The notes: generated by a model from the sequence alone, not told the origin. Counted from the first letter of the stretch, positions 8,076-16,805 are shown. The stretch: DNA of 32,000 nt from an uncultured archaeon (GCA_964577555.1 CAZNZM010000006.1:37501-69500), one strand, 5' to 3'. Numbers and translations: made by a program.

Positions 8076-8086
8076 TAAGCTTATAA
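8076..8086 (+). promoter_or_regulatory. Putative archaeal TATA-box element TAAGCTTATAA, 25 nt upstream of ATG 8112
   Basis: The identical 11-mer occurs on the minus strand at 28350-28340, 24 nt upstream of the Alg14-like ATG. A one-mismatch AGCTTAAAA lies 23 nt upstream of the aglB ATG. The spacing fits leaderless or near-leaderless archaeal transcripts. It contains the 10-bp palindrome ATAAGCTTAT (8075-8084). Confidence 0.4.
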
Positions 8087-8111
8087 ATTGGATAAGAATT
8101 ATTTGTTTTTA

Positions 8112-9260
8112 ATGGAGCCTTTAGTCACTTTAGTTGGAACCATGCCGCCAATAAAAGGCATAAGCGATTATTGCATAGAACAAATAAAATCTCTTTCAAA
8201 TTTTGTTTCCCTTGAATTTTACGGTTTCAAAAGTATTTATCCAGAATATTTTTATCCAGGCGGCAAAACCAAAGAATATGACAAAACCTTTTCATTGGAA
8301 AAACCGAAAAATGTTGAAATAAAAAATTTTTTAGCATGGTACAACCCTATTTCATGGATTTTTGTTGGTTTAACATCAAAAGGCAAAATATTGCATTTTC
8401 ATTGGTGGACTTTTTGGTTGTTTCCAGTTTTCTTTACAATATCAGCAATTTCCAAGTTGAGGGGCAAAAAAATCGTATGCACAGTCCACAATGTTGTGGG
8501 ACACGAATCAGGATTGATTGACAAATTATTTTCAATGATAATTTATTTAATTCCAGACAAAATAATAGTTCACACCAAAGCCAATCAAAAACAACTTGAA
8601 AACACTTTCCATGTTGGCAATAAAAAAATCAATGTTATCCCCCATGGCATATACGAGTTTTATCGTGATGCCGAAATGACAAAATCAAAGGCAAGAAAAA
8701 TGCTTGGCATTCCAAAAAAATCTAAAGTAATTTTGATGTTCGGCAACCTCAGGCCTTATAAAGGAATTGATGACCTTATTTTAGCTTTTAAAAAGGCAAG
8801 AAAAATTGTCCCAAATATTTTTTTAGTTATTGCAGGAAAACCGTGGACAAAGCAAATAAACGATTATATTATTCAAGAACTTAGCGATTGCTCTTCCTGT
8901 CTTCTAAAGTTGGACTATGTCCCATCTTCGGAAATAAAAAAATATTTTTTTGCATCAGACGTAGTTGTTCTTCCTTACAAGGATTTTGCCGCACAAAGCG
9001 GACCAGGAAACATAGCTTTAGCCTTTCAAAAACCCATTATAGTTTCTGATACCGGCGGACTTGTAGAACTCGTGCTCGACAAAAGAGCAGTTTTTTCCAG
9101 TGGAAATTCCAATGACTTGGCTAATAAAATTTCAAGCATTATTTCAGACGAAAAACTCCTTAAAAAACTAGAAAAAGACTCTGCATTGCTAAGTGAAAAA
9201 TATTCTTGGACATCAATTGCAAAGCTTACCTTGAAGGTTTATAATGAATTGGTTGAATAA
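8112..9260 (+). CDS. GT4/GT-B family glycosyltransferase
   Basis: The track ORF starts at TTG 8088. I prefer ATG 8112 (MEPLVTLVGTMPPIKGISDY...) because the TATA-like box sits 25 nt upstream of it. C-terminal Glycos_transf_1-like region: LMFGNLRPYKGIDDLI, VVLPY, GPGNIALAFQKPIIVSDTGGLVELV. Confidence 0.75.
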   Translation: MEPLVTLVGTMPPIKGISDYCIEQIKSLSNFVSLEFYGFKSIYPEYFYPGGKTKEYDKTFSLEKPKNVEIKNFLAWYNPISWIFVGLTSKGKILHFHWWTFWLFPVFFTISAISKLRGKKIVCTVHNVVGHESGLIDKLFSMIIYLIPDKIIVHTKANQKQLENTFHVGNKKINVIPHGIYEFYRDAEMTKSKARKMLGIPKKSKVILMFGNLRPYKGIDDLILAFKKARKIVPNIFLVIAGKPWTKQINDYIIQELSDCSSCLLKLDYVPSSEIKKYFFASDVVVLPYKDFAAQSGPGNIALAFQKPIIVSDTGGLVELVLDKRAVFSSGNSNDLANKISSIISDEKLLKKLEKDSALLSEKYSWTSIAKLTLKVYNELVE

Positions 9261-9268
9261 ATTTTTTT

Positions 9269-10297
9269 ATGGGTTTTTTAATTCATTCTAGGGCGCCTGT
9301 ACGAATCAGTTTTGCAGGCGGCGGAACCGATGTATCGCCATATCCTGAAGAAAGAGGCGGTTGCGTACTAAGTGCAACCATAAACAAGTATTCATTTACT
9401 TCGCTTCGCTTCACAAATTCAAAAAAAATAAGCCTTGCTGAAACCAATAATAATTCCCTGATGCTTGAATCAATAGAAGATGCAGTCCTTGACGGAAATT
9501 TTGACCTTGCAAAAACAGTCATAATGGAAATGAATCCAAAAACAGGTTTGGAATTGTTTTTCAGAAACGATGTTCCGCCTCGCAGCGGCCTTGGATCTTC
9601 GGCAGCAGCTTTCGTTTCTATAATAGGCGCATTCAACCTTGCTTTCGGCAAAAAACTTTCAAAACACGAAATAGCCCAACTAGCTTTTGAAATAGAAAGA
9701 AACAGGCTTGGCGTGAAAGGCGGCAAACAAGATCAATTTGCGTCATCATATGGCGGCCTCAACTTTATCGAATTTATAGGAAAAAATGTTAAGGTTTCAA
9801 GCATGAATATTTCAAAATCAACATTATTAGAGCTTGAAAAAAATCTTTTGCTGGTTTTTGTTGGCGAAAGAAAAATGAACGGAACCGACATAATATCTGA
9901 CCAAGTGAATTCTTTTGTTTCAGGAAATAAACAAGTTTCGGATGCTTTGGATTCTGCAAAAAGCATTGCCATTGATATGAAAAACGCCCTCAAAAAAGGC
10001 GATTTAGAACAATTTGGAAAACTATTGGACAAAGGCTGGGTTGAAAAGAAAAAATACAGCAAAAACATTTCAAATCCATTTATTGACAAAATATACTCAA
10101 CTGCAATCAGCGCAGGTGCAATAGGCGGCAAGTTGACAGGCGCAGGCGGAGGCGGTTATATGGTGTTTTATTGTTATCCGGACAAAGAAATTAATGTTAA
10201 AGACAAGCTTGTTGAAATAGGCGTTAATCCAATTAATTTTTCATTTGACTTTGAAGGAGTACAAGCTTGGAAGATAAAGGTAGATAAAAATGATTAA
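9269..10297 (+). CDS. hddA: GHMP sugar kinase, D-glycero-alpha-D-manno-heptose 7-phosphate kinase-like
   Basis: 342 aa. Motifs SRAPVRISFAGGGTDVSPY, PPRSGLGSSAAAFVS and GKLTGAGGGGYMVF. Directly followed by gmhA and gmhB. Confidence 0.75.
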   Translation: MGFLIHSRAPVRISFAGGGTDVSPYPEERGGCVLSATINKYSFTSLRFTNSKKISLAETNNNSLMLESIEDAVLDGNFDLAKTVIMEMNPKTGLELFFRNDVPPRSGLGSSAAAFVSIIGAFNLAFGKKLSKHEIAQLAFEIERNRLGVKGGKQDQFASSYGGLNFIEFIGKNVKVSSMNISKSTLLELEKNLLLVFVGERKMNGTDIISDQVNSFVSGNKQVSDALDSAKSIAIDMKNALKKGDLEQFGKLLDKGWVEKKKYSKNISNPFIDKIYSTAISAGAIGGKLTGAGGGGYMVFYCYPDKEINVKDKLVEIGVNPINFSFDFEGVQAWKIKVDKND

Positions 10298-10877
10298 TTC
10301 TGACAAAGCCATGAAAATAATAGAAAACAATTTTTCCGAACACCAAAAAGTATTGGCCGATTCACTTAATTTATCGCCAATAATAGTTAAAACAGCCCAA
10401 AAAATATTGGATTGCATTAAAAATGGAGGAAAAATTTTGATTTGCGGCAACGGAGGAAGCGCTGCAGACTCTAACCATCTTGCCGCAGAATTCATTAACA
10501 AGTATTTGATAAACAGGTTGCCTCTTCCAGCAATTTCGCTTACATCAAATCAATCAAACCTGACCTCAATAGGAAACGACTATTCTTTTGACTTGGTTTT
10601 CAGCAAACAGGTTGATGCACTTGGAAAATCAGGAGACATACTTATCGCGATCAGCACTTCTGGTTTGTCAAAAAATATTTTAGAAGCAATAAAATCAGCA
10701 AAGAAAAAATCAATGTTCTCTATTATTTTCACAGGAAATAAAACAACAGAAGCTTCAAAAATAAGCGATTTGGCAATACATGTGCCTTCCCAATCCACGC
10801 CAAGAATACAGGAAATTCATCTTTTGATTTACCATTGCATTTGTGAAATAGTTGAGAGGGAATTGTTTGAAAAATAA
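10290..10877 (+). CDS. gmhA: Phosphoheptose (sedoheptulose-7-phosphate) isomerase, SIS domain
   Basis: 195 aa. Motifs GGKILICGNGGSAADSNHLAAEF and ISTSGLSKNILEAI. 8-nt overlap with hddA. Confidence 0.9.
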   Translation: MINSDKAMKIIENNFSEHQKVLADSLNLSPIIVKTAQKILDCIKNGGKILICGNGGSAADSNHLAAEFINKYLINRLPLPAISLTSNQSNLTSIGNDYSFDLVFSKQVDALGKSGDILIAISTSGLSKNILEAIKSAKKKSMFSIIFTGNKTTEASKISDLAIHVPSQSTPRIQEIHLLIYHCICEIVERELFEK

Positions 10878-11421
10878 AGCCATATTTTTGGACAGAGATG
10901 GAGTAATAATCAAGGATGCAGGGCATTTGAACAAAAAATCTCAAGTGAGGCTTATAAGAGGAGTTTCCAAAGCCATAAAGTTGCTCAACAAACATTATCT
11001 TGTAATAGTAATTTCAAACCAATCGGTTGTAGCAAGAGGCATGGCAACAATCAGCGAAGTTCAAGAAATAAACCAATACATTTTGGGTTTATTATCCAAA
11101 AAAGGTGCAAAAATAGATGCTGTTTATTTTTGCCCGCATCACCCTGATTTTACAGGCAAGTGCAATTGCCGAAAGCCGGAAACAGGTTTATTCAAGCAAG
11201 CTGAAAAAGATTTCAAAATATCAATGGATGGTAGTTATATGATTGGCGACAAGCTAATAGACATAGAGGCTGGAAAAAAAGCAGGTTGTAAAACAATTTT
11301 AGTTAATAATACACTTGGCAACACTGAAAACACTGAAAATAATATTAATATTCTTCAAAAACCGGATTTTGAATGCGCCAATCTTCTAGATGCTGTCAAA
11401 ATAATATTGTCCAATAATTAG
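10852..11421 (+). CDS. gmhB: D,D-heptose 1,7-bisphosphate phosphatase (HAD family)
   Basis: 189 aa. Motifs AIFLDRDGVI, the Zn motif CPHHPDFTGKCNCRKP, and GDKLIDIEAGKKAG. The start is uncertain: TTG at 10852 or TTG at 10867. Both overlap the gmhA 3' end. Confidence 0.85.
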   Translation: MRGNCLKNKAIFLDRDGVIIKDAGHLNKKSQVRLIRGVSKAIKLLNKHYLVIVISNQSVVARGMATISEVQEINQYILGLLSKKGAKIDAVYFCPHHPDFTGKCNCRKPETGLFKQAEKDFKISMDGSYMIGDKLIDIEAGKKAGCKTILVNNTLGNTENTENNINILQKPDFECANLLDAVKIILSNN

Positions 11422-11522
11422 GATTATTAAATTCCTACTCTCCAAAACCAAATTTTTGCATTATTAAGCGTACCAAACCATTTATATGCCAAAAAATAAT
11501 ATTTTAATTATCGAGTGGTTTC

Positions 11523-13064
11523 ATGGATTTTTTCCAAAAACATGCTTTTGTACTAGGCATATTTATTTACATAATCATATTCATTGCCTTTTTTCCAAAA
11601 ATTTATTCTTCAATAGATGAACACACTATTCTTAAAAATGCCATTCTAATCAAATCAGGCAAAATTGCAGAACCAACTCCTGAACTTGCTTGCAGATCAA
11701 GTTTATTATCAGACAAAGGATATTTAGGAGCACAATTCATCGGACGTTCGATTGCTATATTGCCATTTTCTTATTTTGACTTGAATGCTGTCATGTTGTC
11801 AGGCTTGCTGATACACCTAATTAACGCTTTTATAATATATTTCATTCTTCGCAAGCTTTCAATTAATCCGAATTTTGCTTTGCTCTATCTTTTCTTTCCG
11901 GTAATGCTTTGGGAAAGCAGAACTCTTTATAGCGAGATTTTTGTTTTAACGTTTTTCTTGGCAGGCTTCTACTTTTATATTAATAATGAAAAATTTTCAA
12001 AAAATTCAACAAAATTTGAAAATAACGAAACTTTTGCCAAAAATTTACTCAAAAAAATAAACAAGCTTTCTGATTTCATTGCAGGCGCTTTTTTTGGCTT
12101 GGCAATATTTGTGAGATATGACGCTTTAATAGGGATTATTGCATTTTCCATTCCGCTTTTAATTTATGAAAAACAGCGTTTTATAAAAATTTTTTCCGGC
12201 TTTATTCCTATATTCTCTATTTTTCTTTTATTCAATTACTTTGTATATGGCAACATATTAGGAACTGGTTACGGATCCGGCATAGCCATTGCAACTTCAA
12301 TTATCCAAAAATTTTCAATTAATTGGCTCATAAATTTTTTTATTTACTCCGCAATACTGCTAATAATTTTTCCAGGCATGTTATTGTCACCATATTTTAT
12401 GAAAGACAAAAAGTTTTTGCTGCAATTTATTTTATTGTCTTTGGGTTATCTTGCAATGAACAGCCGTTTTACAGACTTTTTATCCTTTGACTTCTCAATT
12501 CAAACGCTTTTCACTGGCAGGCTAAGATACCTTGTTCCATTAATAGGAATGCTATTAATACCTTATTCTGGAATGATTGACGCTCTCATTAACAAATTCA
12601 AAATAAACAAAAACAATGCAATTGGTGTTGCAATTTTATTAATGTCCGCAGGCGCAATTTTTGCTTCAGCCCAGCACAACAATTTTATTGATTCAAGATA
12701 TTTTATCTATGAACAAATAAATTCGTTAATTCCATCAGATTCTTTAATTGTAGGCAGTTCCGACGACTGCATTTATTCAATTTCAAAAAACCTTGAAAGA
12801 AGAAAATACTTGAACGTTATTCCAAAACTTGACCTTGGCTTTAATTCACCAGTTTCCCTTGATTCTTATATCAACTCTTCAACCTATTTTTTGGATATTA
12901 ATTACAATAATTTGAAATTTAAAACAGGGTTGCGCCAAAGAGTGATAGTTGCGGAAAGAAAGGCAATGTCAGATTTTATAAATTCCAACAAAGAAAAGTT
13001 AGAACTTGTTTTTGAAACTTCTCAACCAAACGATTTCAAAATTTACAAATGGAAAGGCGATTGA
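11523..13064 (+). CDS. Polytopic GT-C-fold membrane glycosyltransferase-like protein (PMT_2/ArnT-like), specificity unknown
   Basis: 513 aa with many hydrophobic segments. An acidic DE motif sits in the first loop after TM1 (KIYSSIDEHTILKNA), as in ArnT/PMT_2-type GT-C enzymes. Soluble C-terminal part. The segment IPSDSLIVGSSDDCIYSISKNLERRK aligns by eye with TPPGSKIFNWWDEGHWISFIAERR of AglB. Tail ...FKIYKWKGD. tttatat lies about 35 nt upstream. Confidence 0.6.
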   Translation: MDFFQKHAFVLGIFIYIIIFIAFFPKIYSSIDEHTILKNAILIKSGKIAEPTPELACRSSLLSDKGYLGAQFIGRSIAILPFSYFDLNAVMLSGLLIHLINAFIIYFILRKLSINPNFALLYLFFPVMLWESRTLYSEIFVLTFFLAGFYFYINNEKFSKNSTKFENNETFAKNLLKKINKLSDFIAGAFFGLAIFVRYDALIGIIAFSIPLLIYEKQRFIKIFSGFIPIFSIFLLFNYFVYGNILGTGYGSGIAIATSIIQKFSINWLINFFIYSAILLIIFPGMLLSPYFMKDKKFLLQFILLSLGYLAMNSRFTDFLSFDFSIQTLFTGRLRYLVPLIGMLLIPYSGMIDALINKFKINKNNAIGVAILLMSAGAIFASAQHNNFIDSRYFIYEQINSLIPSDSLIVGSSDDCIYSISKNLERRKYLNVIPKLDLGFNSPVSLDSYINSSTYFLDINYNNLKFKTGLRQRVIVAERKAMSDFINSNKEKLELVFETSQPNDFKIYKWKGD

Positions 13065-14066
13065 ATGAAACCAATTGTGTCAGTTGTAATAGTAAGCAGG
13101 GAAAAAATCGATTCCCTTTTCAAGACTATTGAGGGCCTTGCAAACCAATCTTTGCCGAAATCAAAATTTGAAGTCATAATAGTTGACGACGGCTCGGAAA
13201 AACAAGACCTCTCATTGCTTGCAAAAAAATTCAAAAACAGGTTTTCCTCAATCAGAGTAATAAGGCAAGATAAATGCGGCCTTGCAGCTGGCAGAAACCT
13301 TGGAGTAAAAGAAGCCAAATCAAAAATAATCGCTTTTACCGACAATGATTGCCTTCCGGAAAAAAACTGGCTTGCAAATCTTCTTTCCAAATTCAATGAC
13401 CCACAAGTTGCAGGTGTTGAGGGAAAAATAATTACAGATTATCCGAAAAGATTATTCACAAGCGCTCCGGAAAACATTGGAGGAGGATTGTTCACCGGAG
13501 CAAACACCGCTTATAAAAAAGAAATAATCCAAAAAGCTGGTTATTACGACGAAAAAATGGCTTTTTGGCGCGAAGATTCTGAATTTGCATTCAGGGCAAT
13601 GAAGTTCGGAAAAATAGTTTTTGCAAGCGATGCAATAGTTTATCACCCGCTCAGAAAAGATTCCATGTCAAATTCTTTTCGTTATTTGTTCTTTTTGAGA
13701 AACGACTTTTTTTGTATTTTAAGACACCCTAAACAATCATTTTTCATTTTAGCCAATCTTGCAAAAGAATTTTTTAAATCATTACTGGCAATTTTGTTTT
13801 TTGCAACATCCCTTTACATTTATTTACTGTTTGGCTTTGCACAAGCAGTTGCGTTTTTTTTAATTGGTTTATTGGCAGGGTTTTCCATTTTTGTCTTTTT
13901 ATTAACTGCTTCCAAAAAATATCAACTTCGATTTTCAGAAGTATTCAAACTAATATTGTTTTTTCTAATCTCTTTTACAAAATATCTTGCGTTTCCCGTT
14001 TTTTTCTTTTTTGGATTTTTTGATGCAATTTCATTAATGTTTTTTGGAGGGAGATTTTACAAATGA
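13065..14066 (+). CDS. GT2 glycosyltransferase with C-terminal multi-TM region
   Basis: 333 aa. Motifs VSVVIVSRE, FEVIIVDDGS and FTDNDCLPEKNWL (DxD). The C-terminal roughly 120 aa are strongly hydrophobic. The ATG directly abuts the upstream TGA. Confidence 0.8.
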   Translation: MKPIVSVVIVSREKIDSLFKTIEGLANQSLPKSKFEVIIVDDGSEKQDLSLLAKKFKNRFSSIRVIRQDKCGLAAGRNLGVKEAKSKIIAFTDNDCLPEKNWLANLLSKFNDPQVAGVEGKIITDYPKRLFTSAPENIGGGLFTGANTAYKKEIIQKAGYYDEKMAFWREDSEFAFRAMKFGKIVFASDAIVYHPLRKDSMSNSFRYLFFLRNDFFCILRHPKQSFFILANLAKEFFKSLLAILFFATSLYIYLLFGFAQAVAFFLIGLLAGFSIFVFLLTASKKYQLRFSEVFKLILFFLISFTKYLAFPVFFFFGFFDAISLMFFGGRFYK

Positions 14067-15067
14067 AGCTTTTTTTATCCCACACAAATTATTCGGAAGT
14101 TATGGGCGGAGTAGAAGTATATTCAAGTTTCATGAAACGCGTTTTTTCAGACATAAATTTTTTGGATTACCATTCATTAAAATCTGATTTAGGCAACTCC
14201 GTTAACCCTTTTTTTCGCGAGCCTGAAAGAGCTAAAAAGCTTGGGGAATTTGTTGAAAAAAATTTTTCCGACGTTGAAATTATTTTTACAAATGGAATGT
14301 TTTGCTGGAACATTAAAAGAATTCCGCAAATAAATATTTGCCACGGCACTTACAAGGCTTTTGCAGAAGCCGCGGTTTCAAAGTTTAATCCTGATTATTA
14401 TAGGCTAAGTTATATATACTCTTATTTTGAAAAAATTGCCGCGGTTAATTCCTCAAAAATCGTTGCCAATTCTTCAATGACTGCAAAAAATGTTTCAAAA
14501 TTTTTCGGACGCAAAGCCGAAATAATATATCCGCCTGTAGATCTTGAAGTTTTTTCCATCAAACCCAAAGAATTTGCAAAAAAAAAGCTTGGCTGGCAAG
14601 GAACAAATGCATTGTTTGTAGGCAGACCAGAAAGAGCCAAAGGGTTTCATTTTATTGAAGACCTAGCCAAGAAAAACCCACAAATAGAATTCCGATGCAT
14701 ACTTTCAAGGAAATACTGTACTACAACACCTAATATTTCAGTTTACCAAAACGTGCCTCACTCAAAATTGCCTGTTTTTTATAATGCATGCGACGTAGTT
14801 TTGTTTCCTTCCTTGTTTGAAGGATGCGGTTTAGTCACTTTAGAAGCACTTTCATTGAACAAAAAAATCGTTTGCCTTAAAACAGGAATAGCATTGGAAA
14901 TTGATTCAGACAACTTGGTAATTTCTCAGCCTTCTATTGATTCGCTCAACGAAAATCTTCAAAATTCCTTAAACTCCAGCAATTCAAATTCAAGGAAAAT
15001 AATTAAATCAAAGTTTTCTTTTCAAAAATTCAAAAAGGAGTGGAAAAATGCAGTCAATTCAAGATAA
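14063..15067 (+). CDS. GT4/GT-B family glycosyltransferase
   Basis: 334 aa. Motifs ALFVGRPERAKGF and VVLFPSLFEGCGLVTLEALS (EX7E-type). ATGA overlap, with GGAGGGAG 9 nt upstream. Confidence 0.75.
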   Translation: MKLFLSHTNYSEVMGGVEVYSSFMKRVFSDINFLDYHSLKSDLGNSVNPFFREPERAKKLGEFVEKNFSDVEIIFTNGMFCWNIKRIPQINICHGTYKAFAEAAVSKFNPDYYRLSYIYSYFEKIAAVNSSKIVANSSMTAKNVSKFFGRKAEIIYPPVDLEVFSIKPKEFAKKKLGWQGTNALFVGRPERAKGFHFIEDLAKKNPQIEFRCILSRKYCTTTPNISVYQNVPHSKLPVFYNACDVVLFPSLFEGCGLVTLEALSLNKKIVCLKTGIALEIDSDNLVISQPSIDSLNENLQNSLNSSNSNSRKIIKSKFSFQKFKKEWKNAVNSR

Positions 15068-16217
15068 AATAGTTTTAATAGTTACTCCTTATGCAGAACC
15101 TGAAAAAGGAGCCTGCACATTAAGAGTTAATTTCTTTAAGGATGTTTTAGAAAGACAAGGTTGCCAAGTTTTAGTGCTGGCTCCTTACAGAAAATCTGTT
15201 AGTGAAGTAGAAGGAGTTTTAAGGTATAAATCCAAATTCGATTTGGTTTCAAAGATGCTGTCAATTTTCAACAGCCGCAAAGCAAAATTTTTTGTTATAG
15301 GTGTTTCCCCACCTTTATTTACCAACTTGTTTGTAATGATTGCCTCAAAGCTCGGAAAAGCCAAATTCATTCTAGACGCAAAAGACGACGGGCAATACTA
15401 TAAAAAAAATTCTTTAGGAATATTAAAATCACTAAAAAGACTAGTTTATTTAACAACAAGAAGAGTTGTTTACAAGAATGCTGATAGCCTCATGTTTCTT
15501 TCTAATTCAGATTTAAAAGAAGCAAAGGAAAACTATTCTATTCCAATTCATAAAATGCATATTGTAATGAACGGCACAAACACAATGAAAATTTTTTCAG
15601 ACAAAGTTGCAAGAGCACGCATAAGAAAAAAATTCAGGATTCCCCAAAATTCCATAGTGCTTATTTATGCTGGAAGCCTTGGAGACGAAGAAATTTCAGA
15701 TTTTATTGTTGAATGTTCAAACACTATAAAGTCTTCAAAAGCCAAACTATTAATGGTTGTCGCACATGAAAATTCTCTACAAGGAGATTATGAAATTAAA
15801 TCCCTTAAGTCAATTATAAAATCACAAGGCTTGGAAAAAGACGCTTTTATTTTTGAAAATATTCCATATGAAGAATTGAACAAATATTTGTCCGCTTCAG
15901 ATATTGGAGTGCTTCCTTGGCCAGAAAACCTTATTACAAGCATTCCAGTAAAAATATTCGATTATGCTTCAGCAAGCCTTGCCATTGTCGCCAAAGCCCC
16001 ACTCAATTCTGAAGCGTCAAACTTCATTCACAATAATAATTTGGGTTTTGCTGTTTCCGATTGGCAAAACTTCAAAAAAGCAATTGTTTTTCTTATAAAA
16101 AACAAATCAATGCTTGAGAAAATAAAACTGGAAAACAGGATTCAAGCTGAAAAATATTTTGACCGCTACAACCAAAAAAAATTTTTATTATCAGCGGTTT
16201 TCGGAGATTCATTTTGA
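15048..16217 (+). CDS. GT4/GT-B family glycosyltransferase (WbuB-like N-terminus)
   Basis: 389 aa. Motifs IVLIVTPYAEPEKGACTLRV, LIYAGSLGDEE and IGVLPWPEN. AGGAGTGG lies 4 nt upstream of the ATG. 20-nt overlap with the upstream gene. Confidence 0.7.
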   Translation: MQSIQDKIVLIVTPYAEPEKGACTLRVNFFKDVLERQGCQVLVLAPYRKSVSEVEGVLRYKSKFDLVSKMLSIFNSRKAKFFVIGVSPPLFTNLFVMIASKLGKAKFILDAKDDGQYYKKNSLGILKSLKRLVYLTTRRVVYKNADSLMFLSNSDLKEAKENYSIPIHKMHIVMNGTNTMKIFSDKVARARIRKKFRIPQNSIVLIYAGSLGDEEISDFIVECSNTIKSSKAKLLMVVAHENSLQGDYEIKSLKSIIKSQGLEKDAFIFENIPYEELNKYLSASDIGVLPWPENLITSIPVKIFDYASASLAIVAKAPLNSEASNFIHNNNLGFAVSDWQNFKKAIVFLIKNKSMLEKIKLENRIQAEKYFDRYNQKKFLLSAVFGDSF

Positions 16218-16805
16218 CGCAATTACCAATATTTCTGGTGAAAAGTCATGATTGGTTATTTTTGATTGAATTTTTTTTATAAAAATTGGAATTAATCCTT
16301 TTTTGTAAATCCTATATATTTTTATGTTGTTGAAGTTTGCTTTTTTGAGTAAAGCGTATAATGTTCTTGGCGAGTAAGGTTTTACATGCGTTACGTCGTC
16401 AAAAAAACCCCATACAGGAAAATAGATATTGTTTGTTGTTATGATTATTTGGTTTGTCAATTTTGAACATTTTTGCAACAAATTTATTGATTGTTCAGGA
16501 TTCAAATGCTCTATTGTTGCAAAAATTGTTATCAAATCGAATTTTTCTTTTATTTCATCAATGTTTTTATAATCTGGTTTGGTGGTTAAATCAATATCTT
16601 GGGTTTTATATTCTTTCAAACTAATATTTTTTTGTTTGCAAAAACTTTCAAAATGCCTCCTGCTTGCGCCTATATCTAAAACTTTTTTTCCTTTTGCTAT
16701 TTCGCTTGCAAACTCAAAAGAAGTTTTCAACATTAGCGGAATTTCACGAAAAGAATTATAATTTGAAAATTGTTTTCTGAAATCGTTATAAGTTGCCCAA
16801 TCCAT
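16209..16805 (-). CDS. Class I SAM-dependent methyltransferase
   Basis: 198 aa. Motif I KVLDIGASRRHF, then FDLITIFATIEHL and IIITTNN. Its stop overlaps the convergent GT4 gene by 9 bp. Confidence 0.7.
   Translation of the reverse strand: MDWATYNDFRKQFSNYNSFREIPLMLKTSFEFASEIAKGKKVLDIGASRRHFESFCKQKNISLKEYKTQDIDLTTKPDYKNIDEIKEKFDLITIFATIEHLNPEQSINLLQKCSKLTNQIIITTNNIYFPVWGFFDDVTHVKPYSPRTLYALLKKANFNNIKIYRIYKKGLIPIFIKKIQSKITNHDFSPEILVIASK

Noticed and set aside
9283-10131. Minus-strand ORFs of 147 aa and 132 aa antisense to hddA.
   Set aside because: Shadow ORFs opposite a well-supported GHMP kinase gene, with no motifs of their own.
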